A stretch of 64,000 bases of DNA from Mobula hypostoma (lineage: Eukaryota): the NCBI RefSeq assembly GCF_963921235.1, contig NC_086108.1:81098001-81162000 (forward strand), in the 5' to 3' direction. Under the pieces are notes generated by a model. The model was not told the origin of the DNA, searched no databases, and saw only the letters and a list, made by a program, of their open reading frames with translations. Below are positions 27,050 to 38,232 of this stretch, one piece after another. Numbering within the stretch: position 1 is the stretch's first letter; each line of letters opens with the position of its first letter. Both the position numbers and the translations under genes were made by a program.

Positions 27050-28195
27050 GCAGAGACTTTCCACCACTCCAAGACATGCAAAAGTTCTCTTTTTTCAGTG
27101 AATGGGTCTCAAACCCACCCACCCCACTGCTATCGACACAGCCCTCACTTGTATCTCTTCTATTTCCTGCACGTCTGCCCTCATTCCAACCCCTCCAAAT
27201 AATACAGGGATAGAGTTCCCCTCATCCCCACCTACCATCCATGAGCCTATGCATCCAATACATCATTCTTCACAACTTCTGCTTCCTCGAGTGGGATCCT
27301 TTGGGCACATCTGCCCCTTTCCTCCCCCTTCAGCTTTCTGCAGGGATTTCTCTCTCTGTTCCTCTCTTGTCCATTCATCTCTCCCCACCAATCAGATTCC
27401 ATGTCTTCAAAGGTTTCAAAGGTTACATTTAATGTCAGAGAAATGTATACAATATATATCCTGAAATGCTTTTTCTTCGCAATCATCCACGAAAACAGAG
27501 TGCCCCAAAGAATGAGTGACAGTTAAATGTTAGAATTCCAAGGTACCCCCCAGCTTCCTTCTCTCCCACGCGTAAGCGGCAGCAAGCAACGATTCCCCCT
27601 CCCCCCACCAACAAAAAAAAAAGCATCGGCCCCCACCACTGAGCACTCAAGCGTACAGCGAAAGCAACAGCAAAGACAAAGACTTGCAGTACTACAAAGA
27701 AGATGTGTTCACCCGGTATTCGACATACCACAGGTTCTCTCTCCTTCTCTCTAATAAGGGAGAAAGAGATATCTTGGTTTTCATGGTGAGAGGGGAGACA
27801 TAATAAACAGCTCACTGGTCTATGATGTTAAGAGTCCGCTGCATCGCTTTTTCCGAGCTCAGTGCCCAAAGATCTCAGGTCTCTGGGCACACAGCCAAAG
27901 ATCTTCCAGCTCTCACGATTTCAGCCCTTTGTCACTGTCACCTCCAGTTTCTTACATCTTCCTCACTCACCTGCCCCTCATACCCTTCTCACCTGGATCT
28001 ACCTATCCCCTTCCAGCTCTTCCTCCTTTTTATACTGGCAATTTCCCCTCTTTCTTTCCACTCATGGTGAGTTGTCTCAATCTGAAATGTTGACTGTCCA
28101 TTTCCCTCCATAGAAGCTGCCTAACCCATTGAATTCCTCCAGCGCTTTGTGTGATGATCCAGATTTCAAGCATCTGCAGTCACTCTTGTGCCTCC
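27050..28195 (+). mobile_element. Penelope-like element remnant with terminal repeat, interrupted by the 27405-27908 insertion
   Basis: DRVPLIPTYHP / IQYIILHNF / PPSAFCRDFSLCSSLVHSSLP peptides; pyrimidine-rich 3' region; terminal repeat at ~28060-28195. Confidence 0.7.
27405..27908 (-). mobile_element. Non-autonomous element with Rex/Babar-type tail
   Basis: Reverse-complement match to ~36980-37373 (GCTCAGTGGTGGG-GCCGATGCTTTTTTT; CATTTCTCTGACATTAAAT). Confidence 0.75.
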
Positions 28196-29025
28196 ATTTC
28201 TAAAATACAACCGTGTTCTAAAGAGAATTTGTAAGCCCTGAAATGGAGACAAAAGGAGCCATATAACTGAAAATCTTTATTTAATTTAGTTCTGGCAAAT
28301 TTTGTAAAGATGCAGCTGGAGAGGGGGGAAGCCATGGAACAAAACAGAAGCAATGTGAGTTACCTCACAGGAACAGCATAACTTAATGGCACATTCAGAC
28401 AATTTGCCCTACCTAATTATTCACTGCCCTGTACAGAGTCGCAGTACACATGTGAATAACATAGAAGAAGGGGGTTTTCTATAGGTGTAGCCCACTGTGG
28501 AACAGTATGCCAAGGTCTTTTAGCTCTTTCCTTTGTCCCCAGCCTAATTAATGTGTTGATTACATCAGCTGCTTTTGTCAGTTTACGTAAATGCTGATTG
28601 AGTAGAAGTCATCATAAATTCCAAATTGTTGACGGAAGGCAGGAATAATTTGGACTGAATCACAGGAAAGTCTTAAACTTATTTCATTTTCTATTTGCGT
28701 GTTTTGAAGGTAGTCTTAGCCAGTGTCAGCACGGTGTTTGGGATTCTATTAATTAAACAATGATGTAATAAAAAAGTAACTACATGGCAATGACAAGAAG
28801 CTTTGATCAGATATAGCAAAATCTCCTCCTGTATCATAAGACCCTAAGATGTAGGAGCGGACTTAAGGCTGATTTACACTTGTGCGTCAAATGTACACTG
28901 TAGGTTCAGCGTAGCCACTTCCCTACGCTGTACTCTATGCCAAACCCTATGCCGTAGCCTAATGCGCACCTCTCCCAAAATAAAACTACGCATCGCGGCA
29001 ACACAGACTGAACAACTGTGATTGG

Positions 29026-29255
29026 TGAAACACCTTCAATAACGCCAAAAGACTAGGTTAGGTAAAATACCGAAAGGCTTTTATTCGCTGTACAACAATA
29101 CGACCTCCATGGTGAGTGTCTGCCCCCGGACTGAGGGGGAAGGGCAAGGCGAAACACCTTTATACCGGACTCTGTGGGAGGAGCCACAGGGGCAGTCAGC
29201 AGAGGGACGTGTCCAGACAGTTAACCGAGTTACAACATATATATGGTTTACCACA
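29026..29255 (-). repeat. 3' LTR
   Basis: 230 bp; TATAAA (29164-59) and AATAAA on the minus strand; about 11 substitutions and 2 small indels versus the 5' LTR by manual comparison. Confidence 0.97.
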
Positions 29256-29324
29256 CTCACCCCTCCTTTTTTTAAAAAGAGCCCTGCGGGGTGAAGTGAC
29301 TGACAATATTTAAAGCAAGTATAT

Positions 29325-32155
29325 TTACAGGTCAAGTGTATCAGGCGGTCGAGTCCGTCGCTGTGATCTACGTAGCACTGGCGGTGATCGCATCGGCGAT
29401 GGCGGTTGTGCTGGCTCCGGCCTGACTTCGGGTGCCAGCACGTTAGGCGTTGTTGATCCCTTGTGCGTGTGCGTCGCACCCAGTATGGGAGTGTCGTGTG
29501 GTGTCTGTATAGGGTTTGGAGTGCGCGGTGTCTCGTGGGTACATACATCGGTGGGTACGGGGTCAATAGTCACCATGGAGTGTTCAGGGTAGGGGCCCGG
29601 AGCTCCTGCGGGCGCCAGGTTGCGGATGGAGACCGTATCCTCCCGCCCATCAGGTAAAACCACGTAGGCATACTGGGGGTTCGCATGAAGTAAGTGGACC
29701 CTCTCGACTATCAGGGAGTATTTATTGCTCCTTGCATGTTTCCAGAGCAGCACTGGCCCCGGGGATGTCAGCCAAGTTGGTAGGGTGGTTCCAGTGGTGG
29801 ACTTTCTGGGAAATGAAAAGAGCCGCTCATGAGGGGTGGCATTGGTGGCTGTGCATAACAGGGAGCGGATGGAATGGAGTGCCTCGGGAAGGACCTCCTG
29901 CCAGCGGGAGACCGGCAGTCCCTTTGACCTGAGGGCTAAGAGTGTGGCTTTCCACACCGTGCCATTCTCCTTCTCTACCTGTCCATTCCCCTGGGGATTA
30001 TAGCTCGTGGACCTACTAGTTGCAATTCCCCTCGCCAGCAGGTATTGGCGCAGCTCGTCACTCATAAATGAGGACCCTCTGTCACTGTGGATATAGCATG
30101 GGTATCCGAACAGAGTGAAGAGCTTGCGCAGGGCTTTTATAACTGACGTGGTAGTGGTGTCTGGGCAGGGGATGGCGAAGGGGAACCGCGAGTACTTGTC
30201 GATAACGTTAAGAAAGTACACATTGTGGTCTGTGGAGGGAAGGGGGCCCTTAAAGTCAACACTCAGTCGCTCAAAGGGGCGGGCGGCCTTGAGGAGTTGT
30301 GCCTTTTCGGGTCGGTAGAAGTGCGGTTTGCACTCTGCGCAGACTTGGCAGTCCCTGGTCATCATCCCGATTTCCTCAAGGGAGTAAGGTAGGTTCCGGG
30401 CTTTCACGAAGTGGAAAAGCCAGGTGACCCCCGGGTGACTCCTGGGTGGCAAAGATCTACATGTAGGGCGTATAGCCGGTCGATCTGCGCGCTGGCGTAC
30501 GTTCCCCAGGATAGGGCATCGAAGGGCTCGTTGAGCTTCCCAGGCCTGTACATGCTGTCATAGTTGTAGGTGGAGAGTTCGATTCTTCACCTCAGAATTT
30601 TATTGTTTTTGATTTTGCCCCACTGTTGGTTACTAAACATGAATGCGACTGAGCGCTGGTCAGTTAGCAGGGGTATGTGACATATCCCTACAAAACTGGG
30701 GATTGTAATTGGTGGGAGGGGCCAATCATACTCCATTGTCACGCTTTTCAGGTAGCTCTGGAAGTCGAGCCCCAATAGCACAGGGGCACACAGTTGAGGC
30801 ATGACCAGTAACGTAAAGTCTCGATATTCTGTGCCCTGCACCACTAGTGTCACTACACAACACCCCCGGATGTCTGTTGTATGCGACCTGGAAACCATGG
30901 CGACCCTCTGACTTACCGGCCGTATCATGAATCCGCAATGCTGCACCGTGGCCGGGTGGATAAAACTCTCCCTGCTGCCCGTGTCAAACAGGCAGCTTGT
31001 CCTGCGCCCCTCCACCAGGATGTCCATCATTGACCTTGCGAGCTGGTGGGGAGCGCTTTGGTCGAGGGTCACGGAAGCCAGGATGGGGTCGCTGTCTTGG
31101 TCCGGCGTGGTGGGGTGCCCTGTGAGCACCTGTTGGTCGTAGGCAGTGGGAGGTGGCGCCGACCAAGATGGCCACCCCCATGTCTCGCACGTGGTGGGGG
31201 CGTGCAGGGAAGATGGTGGCAGGCAAGATGGCAACCCCCATGTTTCACATGCGGCGCTGCTCGATCCCGCTCTTGGTTTTGACTTACAGATCTTCGTGAA
31301 GTGGCCCTTCTTTCTGCAGCTGGAGCAGGTAGCTTGTCGGGCCGGGCAGCATTTCCGGGGGTGCTTCTCCAGTCCGCAGAAGTAGCACTTCGCGGACTCG
31401 CAACTGGCAGCAGCCGAGGTCGATTCGCCAGCGGGTTGCGGGGACTTGCGACTGGCGGCAGCCGAGGTCGAATCGCCGGCGGGTTGCGGGGACTTGCAAC
31501 TGGCGGCAGCCGAGGTCAAATCGCCGGCGGGTTGCGGGGACTTGCGACTGGCGGCAGCCGAGGTCGAATCGCTGGCGGGTTGCGGGGTCTGCAGCGCCCA
31601 TGAGGCCATCAGGGAATTGCGTGCCTGGACAGCCTCAGAGTTATGCAGAGCGGCCTCCAGCATGTCGGCCAGCTCGATCGTGGAACTTAAGGTAAGATTG
31701 GCTTTTTCCAGCAGCCGCTGGCGCACATACACTGACCTGGTCCCCATGACGAATGCGTCCCTCACTAGGAGCTCTGCATGCTTTGCCGCCGTCAGCTCCA
31801 GGCAACTGCGGGCCCGTACGAGCGTCTATAGTGTCCGGATAAACTCGGCACTCGATTCCCCAGGCCGCTGGTGCTGAGTCGCTAATCGGTGCTGCGCATA
31901 GACGGCATTTATCGGCCACAGGTATTGTCTTCTGAGGGCGCTCATCACGCCATCGTAGCTCAACTGGTCTCTGACCAGCGAATAGACCCGTGGACTGACC
32001 CTGGAGAGTAGAACTCTGCGCTTCGCTACGGGGTCGGTCGCTTTAATCTCCTCTAGATACGCTTTGAAGCAGGCCAGCCAGAGTTCGAAAGCGTTTCCAG
32101 CTTCAGGTGTTTGCGGATCGAGGTCTAATTTGTCGGGTCTCAGTGTGTGTTCCAT
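29325..32155 (-). pseudogene. gag-protease-(RT deleted)-RNase H C-terminus-integrase polyprotein
   Basis: ORFs 32155-31826, 31765-30587 and 30452-29325. Zinc knuckles CYFCGLEKH and CSSCRKKGHFTKIC; protease LFDTGS; RNase H end LTDQRSVAFMF; IN HHCC with VDFKGP / HSDRG / NGQVEKEN. Disabled by two in-frame stops and an 11-nt duplication at ~30425-30447. Confidence 0.93.
31401..31587 (-). repeat. 48-bp coding tandem repeat (~4 copies) in gag
   Basis: Unit CGACTGGCGGCAGCCGAGGTCGAATCGCCGGCGGGTTGCGGGGACTTG, encoding SPQPAGDSTSAAASRK on the minus strand. Confidence 0.95.
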
Positions 32156-32181
32156 GCTTTAAAATGTACAGCGAATAAAAT

Positions 32182-32414
32182 TGAAGCACCTTCAATAACT
32201 CCAAAAGACTGAGGTTAGGTAAAATACCGAAAGGCTTTTATTCACTGTACAACAATACGATCTCCCTGGTGAGTGTCTGCCCCCGGACTGAGGGGGAGGG
32301 GCAAGGCGAAACATCTTTATACTGGAATCTGTGGGAGGAGCCACAGGGGCAGTCAGCAGAGGGGCGTGTCCAGACAGTTAACCCAGTTACAACATATATA
32401 CGTGGTTTACCACA
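32182..32414 (-). repeat. 5' LTR
   Basis: 233-bp direct repeat of 29026-29255; TATAAA at 32321-32316. Confidence 0.97.
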
Positions 32415-32445
32415 ATTGGTCGGCTTGGTAGCATTGCATTTCCTC

Positions 32446-32787
32446 CTACGCTGCAATAGCTTCCCACTGGGCGACTGAAGGGCAGGGAAGGAACTCTGGC
32501 TGCAATGCTTTCCATAAAGCTTTACAGACCTCCGAAATTACGGAGGACCCTGTGCTTGACGCCAGTTTGTAGCTAGCTGCTACAGCCTGTTGACTTCCAC
32601 CTGAAGCTAAAACTCGAATGGTGATTGCCAGTCTCTCAGTATACTGTGTGTACACTGATGCGAAATAAATGGTTGGAGATGATGAACCAAATCGTCAAAT
32701 CTACCTGCCGACATCTGAAAATATTTAAAATGCATTTCCTCGTCCCTGTCTCTCAGTGGCCGGACAAGCACAGAAAATTCACCCTCC
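32446..32787 (-). pseudogene. Harbinger transposase N-terminal fragment
   Basis: [34 protein letters not shown]...[25 protein letters not shown]...ISEVCKALW...[10 protein letters not shown], typical of the Harbinger/HARBI1 HTH region; no DDE core. Confidence 0.88.
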
Positions 32788-34309
32788 TTCAGTTTCAGTC
32801 GCCATTGTTTGAAGTTTGAGTTTCTTTGTGTTGAGTTTCAACACGAAGAAACTCAACACAGTGACATAGAAACCCCACCGCCAACTAGCGTTTTGGCGGT
32901 GAATTGCAGAGCGACGCAGACACACCAATGCACAAGTATAAATGCTCACAACGGCGTAGCCCACTTGCGTAGGCTGCGGCGTAAGCTAGTATGCACAAGT
33001 ATAAGTCAGCCTTTAGGCTTTTTCGCCCAATAAGTCTGTTCCACCATTCAATCATGGCTGATCTATTTTCCCTCTCCACCCTATTCGCCTGCCTTCTCCC
33101 TATAACCTTTGACACCCTTACCAATCAAGAACCTATTACTGTAATCTCCGCTTTAAACATACCAATGACTTGGCTGCCTCAGCTGCCTGTGGCAATGAAT
33201 TCCACAGATTCACCATGGTCTAGCTACATTGTACATAGTCAAAATCAAAAGGTGTCACCTCGACAACAAGTGATTACAGATCTGGATAGAAGGTCATAGG
33301 GTTTGTCGTTATTTTAAGTAAAGAATGCTTAATAAAAGAAAATAAGAAATGCTGCAAGAAAATACTTAAGTTGTTCAAATACAGCACTGTAGGAACAGAT
33401 GAGAAAGGGACACATTGTAATCTAACTGTTAAAAGGTTAGTGGATAAATGCCAAACCTTCACGACTTGAGACGTTTATTGAGCCACTCCGCACAATGGAA
33501 ACAAGGAAAATGGTAGGATTCTTTCAAGAATGCTTCTATTTAGCCTCTGTTTAATTGGTGCCCTTTCAGCACAGAGGAAGGACCTTTCATTTCGCACTTC
33601 ATATCGACTCAGAGAAAATCTGTGCCATGTTCAAGATGTCCCCCCCACCCTCCTATCTGTCACCAACCTTTTTTTAAACAGTGCTTTCAGCCACCGGGGA
33701 ATCTGTAGCTTAAGATACACTATTTCCTATTGTTTTGACTACTGTTTCCAAGACTGCTATGATAATAGAAGGAAGGCATTTTATAATACACAGCCTGATG
33801 AGTCAATTGAGCCTGTGCCAGAGGCATCAAATAGAGCTTTTGTCAAAGTCTTGTTACCCATCTTTTCCCACTAGTTGAGTGGGAATAATCAGCCTTTGAA
33901 AAACAAGTGTGATATTCCCTTTTTAACCGGTTTGTGTAGGCTGACTGCAGAAAATATAATTTACTTTTTTAATAATCAGTCATTTTTCCCGGTACATGTT
34001 GATTCACATCACAAGTTATGAATTTTGTGACATTTCAGTGAAACCATTCTAACAATCTCCCTTGTTGAAGCCCTTTCTTTTATTCTTTTTAGGTCCTATG
34101 TTCCATTCCCAAATTTCACTCTTATTCTGATAATAATAATGCCTTGTTATTGCTTCATTATTTCTCCCCTCTGCTTGGTGGAACATCTTGATAATATGGT
34201 CCATCTGCTTACTACTCCCTGGAGAATCAGCGGCACAAAGCCATTTTTAACCAGGTAACATATTAAGCTATCTTAGGCTTTACGAAGAAGTGTACAGGAG
34301 TGAGATAGA

Positions 34310-35430
34310 TCAATTGGTTGAGTTGTGTGACAACAACAAAAACCTTGCGCTCAACATCAGCAGGAAATTAATTGTGGACTTCAGGAAGGGGAACGCATAC
34401 CAGTCATCTTCGAGGGACCAGCAGTGGAAAGGGTGAGCAGTTTCAAGTTCCTGAATGTCAACATCTCTAAAGATCCTATCTGGAGATCAACGTATTGATG
34501 CAATTACAAAGAAGGCGCGTCAGCAGCTATATTTCATTGGGAGTTTGAGGAGATTTGATCTGTCACTAAGGACCAGCAAATCTCTGCAGATGTACTGTGG
34601 AGAGCATTCTAACTGATTGAATCACTGTCTGGTACAGAGGATCAGAAAAAGCTGAAGAGTGTTGCAAACTCATCCAGCTCCATCACCAAAGTCCAAAGTA
34701 AATTTATTAGCTAAGTACATATATGTCACCATATACAACCCTGAGATTCAATTTCTTGCGGGCATTCACAAAGAAACACAATAGATTCAATGAAAAAACG
34801 CACACAAGGTGGCAAACAACCCATGAGCAAAAGACACCAAACGAATACGATAACAATAATAGTAAATAAATAAGCAATAAATATTGAGAAAATAGGATGA
34901 AGAGTCCTTAAAAACTGTTATGGGAACAGTTCCGTGTTGGGGTGAGTGAAGTTATCTCCACTATTTCAAGAGCCCAAAGGTTGAGGGGTAATAACTCTTT
35001 ATAAACTTGGTAGTGTGTGCCCTGAGGCTCCTGTACATCCTTCCTAATGACAGCAGCGAAAAGAGAGCATGGCCTGGATGGTGGGGGTCCTTGTTAATGC
35101 ATGCTGCTTTCCCGCGATACCGCTTCTTGTAGATGTTCTCAGGGGTGGGGAGGGCTTTACCCTTGATGGACCATCATAGACTTCCCCAGTGTTGATGTTA
35201 TCTTCAAAAGGTAATGCCTCAAAAAGATGACATCCATCATTAAGAACCCCCGTCAGCCCGGACATGCCCTTTGCTCATTGCTACCATTAGGGAGGAGGTA
35301 CAGGAGCTTGAAGACACACACATGTTTCAGCAACAGCCTCTTCACCTCTGCTATCAGATTTCCCCATGAACACTAGAGGACGTCACTGTTATTTGGGTCT
35401 CTTTTTACACCACTTATATACTGTATTTGT
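34310..35430. mobile_element. Nested Rex/Babar-type LINE fragments (plus copy interrupted by a minus copy at ~34690-35170)
   Basis: GTGGACTTCAGGAAGGG, TTCAAGTTCCTG and GGGAGGAGGTACAGGAGC motifs shared with ORF 52600-53349. Confidence 0.7.
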
Positions 35431-35689
35431 GTAACAATCTACAGGGAATCCGGAACAAAGAAAGCATTGACTGCTGTATGGGAGAGAAGCAATCAGAATT
35501 CTGTCCATTCCTTTCGTCTATAGTGTATATTATTTAATTTTACCCTTTGAACTCAATATCTCCATTTGTCTTTTCTTGAGGTGGCAAGTTAAATTACGAA
35601 AAGTAATGCTCAGATCTCAATGTCTGTTCCTCAGTTAGTGCTGGATAAATATTTGAAACAGCAATTTATGAATTACTTCCTTAAGCTTG

Positions 35690-36170
35690 TCGTAGTTCCC
35701 AAAGGCATGCATCTCAAATAGCCTCTGATAATCAAGTCCAACTCTTGGCCTTCATGTGAGGCTTAGCTACTAAGCCCCGTGCAATGATTTCTACTGACAG
35801 GAGAAGGGGCTTAAAACCAATTGCTGCTGGCAGAGGGGACTCATCAGTTGTGGTTTGGCAACCCAACTTGGAGAAGGAAAACTCTGACCTCAAAACTCCA
35901 CTGCTTTGTGCCTTTACCCAGTCATGGACAAGGCTTCAAGAGGAAAAACCCGGAGCTGGAGTCCCTAAGGCAATCCTACGTTGAGTTCAATGCTGACAGG
36001 CAAATCCCGCAACGTCACTGGTGCCAGACTGTATCAGTCTCTGTTGTTCCTTTGAGTTCATCAGCTGCGTGGGGAAGGGGAGTCTGCTGCACAGGCAGTA
36101 GCTTGGCTCCATATTGTACTGCCCTGGCTTGCGTATCGATTGATGGCGTTGCCCAGCTAGGATGCAACAT
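35690..36170 (+). mobile_element. Non-autonomous RTE-type element
   Basis: Shares GGAGAAGGAAAACTCTGA, TCCCTAAGGCA and CACTGGTGCCA blocks with 37512-37853 (minus); the last block is also in the 14988 SINE. Confidence 0.55.
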
Positions 36171-36699
36171 TCCTGGTTGACCCTGCCCAATGCAGGGCCT
36201 CAAATTTATGAACTTAACAATTACTCGGCAACTACCTGAGAAAGAAAGGAAATATTTACTGGAAAGGGGCACTGAGCACACCTGTCAAATGTAGAAATAC
36301 TGTTATTTATTCTCCAGTAATGATGGTTAATGTGGAGACAAGGCTAAAAACCTAATGTTACTGGAGAGCTGACACTCAATTCTCTCTCTTACAGTTCCTC
36401 CCCATATGAAAGCAGTAAGAGATACAGGTGCAGGAGACAACAATTGTTTGTAAATGCTGTACTAGTTAAATCTGGTTTATACCTGGCTGTTAGGCTGAGA
36501 AGGGATCTAGATGGTTAAAAGGTATAAGGAAAAGGACAGTGCAGGAAGTCTATGCTTTCACTCAGCAAGATGGTGAAATCTGATCTGTTGCAACTGGTGT
36601 CTTGGCCAATAAGAAGGTTGGATATTACTCCAGGCACAAAATACGAGATGTTGTTGACAATTGAAGTTTTTCTGTGAAGGTTATAAAGGGACTAAGATG

Positions 36700-37373
36700 A
36701 GAAGCTCAATTTCCATCTTTAATATCTTTATTTTTCCCTTTCAGGGTTCTTTCGAAGACCCTGACCTGGAGTTACACACTGACTTTGGTTCTTTGTGGGA
36801 ATGGAACCCGCTTTCGGGGTTTCACAACCAGCTGTTGTTGTTTGGTATGCCAAGGGCTTGGCTTAACAGTCCGGCTCGGATTTGGAAGCCTAGGATCTCG
36901 GGGCTCTGGAGACGGGCGGATCGAGGGTTGGTGTCATGACAGGAGACCCGTGTGTTGTCAGGGGGAGTTGTGCGGTTGTGTACCTAGATTTTTGGGTACA
37001 GAGCTTGAAAAAAGCAACGTAGTGGACTTTTAGCATCGTAAACCAGTGAGTTGCTTGTTATGTCTCCCTGATCGCTGGGAAAATGAAGACAACGAAGTGG
37101 TATGTGGAATACCGGGTGAAACACGAAGTCTTTGAGGTAACTGCAAGTCTGTGTCTTTGCTCTTGCTTTGCTCATGCTTGAGTGCTCAGTGGTGGGTGCC
37201 GATGCTTTTTTTTGCTGGGGGGGTGGGAGCTGGGGGTTACTTTGGGGTTCTAACATATGACTGTCATTCATGCTTTGGAGCACTTGTCTGTTTTCATGGA
37301 TGGCTGCGAAGGAAAAGCATTTCAGGATGTATATTGCATACATTTCTCTGACATTAAATTGTACCTTTGAACC
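36700..37373 (+). mobile_element. Non-autonomous element with Rex/Babar-type tail
   Basis: Matches 27405-27908; ends CTGACATTAAATTGTACCTTTGAACCT. Confidence 0.7.
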
Positions 37374-37511
37374 TGTGAAGAATTTTGGTGGAGGTGGTGT
37401 AGAGGGCAAAAGTTAGACAGAACGACCAGATGGTTGGTGGGGAGAATTTTGTCAGCCATATGATGGAAGACTGTCAAGAAGATAGTTGGGAAGTTAAGAT
37501 AGATGTTATGA

Positions 37512-37853
37512 TAGTAGTAGTAGGCAGCCGTCGATCCCAGGGATCATGGGTTTGCACCTATGGAGGACGATGTCCTCTCCAGGGCGCAAGCCTGGGCAGG
37601 AAGAAATGAAGCAAGTTTTCCTATGCAGTGGGATCACCCTCTCCACATCACTGATGTAGTCCAAGGGAAAGGCCATCACCGCCACAGCTTGGCACCAGTG
37701 TCGTCACAAAGGTTGCCAGAGTGAAGCTGTAAACAACATCAAACTGCCTTAGGGACCCCACCTCCAGATTTCTTCCTCAGGGTTTACTCCCGAAGCCTTT
37801 CCCATGGGTGGGAAGGCAGCGGAGGTTTAAAATCAGAGTTTTCCTTCTCCTGA
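37512..37853 (-). mobile_element. Non-autonomous RTE-type element, 3' part, with (CTA)n tail
   Basis: Reverse complement contains CCTGCCCAGGCTTGCGCCCTGGAGAG and GACGACACTGGTGCCAAGCTGT, matching the 14988 SINE. Confidence 0.6.
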
Positions 37854-38232
37854 TATGATAGGGACTAGACATTACAGTTACAGAACTGTGCAATGTAGAA
37901 TAAGTCCTTTGGCCCATTGTGTCTATAATGACCAACAAGCCCACCTGTACTAATTCCGATTTCTTAATGCCTTGCTCATTCAAGCCCCTGTAAAAATGTC
38001 TCAAATATTGTTACTCTTCCTGCCTCCACTATCACCTCTGACAGTTCATTCTAGATACAACTTTTCTTTATGTGGAAGATCGAACCCTCAACCTCCTTAA
38101 GCATCGCTACTCTCACCTTAGACAACCCTACCATAGGAAACCAACACAATCTACTTTTACTCATACTTCTGTATACTTCTACCGTATCTCCTCTTGATCT
38201 CCTTCACTTCAGATTAAACAGACCCACTTTTT

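Larger units (their letters stand above)
29026..32414 (-). mobile_element. Two-LTR Ty3/Gypsy retrotransposon lacking reverse transcriptase
   Basis: LTRs 29026-29255 and 32182-32414 (TG...CA); TSD ATTGG (29021-25, 32415-19); PPT 29256-29273; internal gag-PR-RNaseH end-IN. Confidence 0.97.
28866..33012 (-). mobile_element. Non-autonomous PIF/Harbinger transposon (~750 bp without the nested LTR element)
   Basis: 22-bp TIRs AGGCTGATTTACACTTGTGCGT / ATGCACAAGTATAAGTCAGCCT; TTA TSD (28863-65, 33013-15); transposase N-terminal remnant. Confidence 0.92.

Noticed and set aside
31401..31587. CRISPR-like regular repeat
   Set aside because: Head-to-tail units with no unique spacers, inside a retrotransposon gag in eukaryotic DNA.
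29081..31877. Multiple overlapping antisense and alternative-frame ORFs in the Gypsy element
   Set aside because: Explained by high GC content and the tandem repeat; no env-like or other domain is visible.
33530..33874. 114-aa ORF with a signal-peptide-like start (MLLFSLCLIGALSA)
   Set aside because: No recognisable domain, no supporting promoter or splice context; the length is compatible with chance.
34093..34254. Possible exon (TTCTTTTTAG ... CAG/GTAACA) with one open frame
   Set aside because: Unrecognisable peptide; splice-like motifs are common by chance.
35690..35900. HDV-like ribozyme in the RTE-type 5' region
   Set aside because: I could not build the nested double pseudoknot by eye; it would need a structure-descriptor search.
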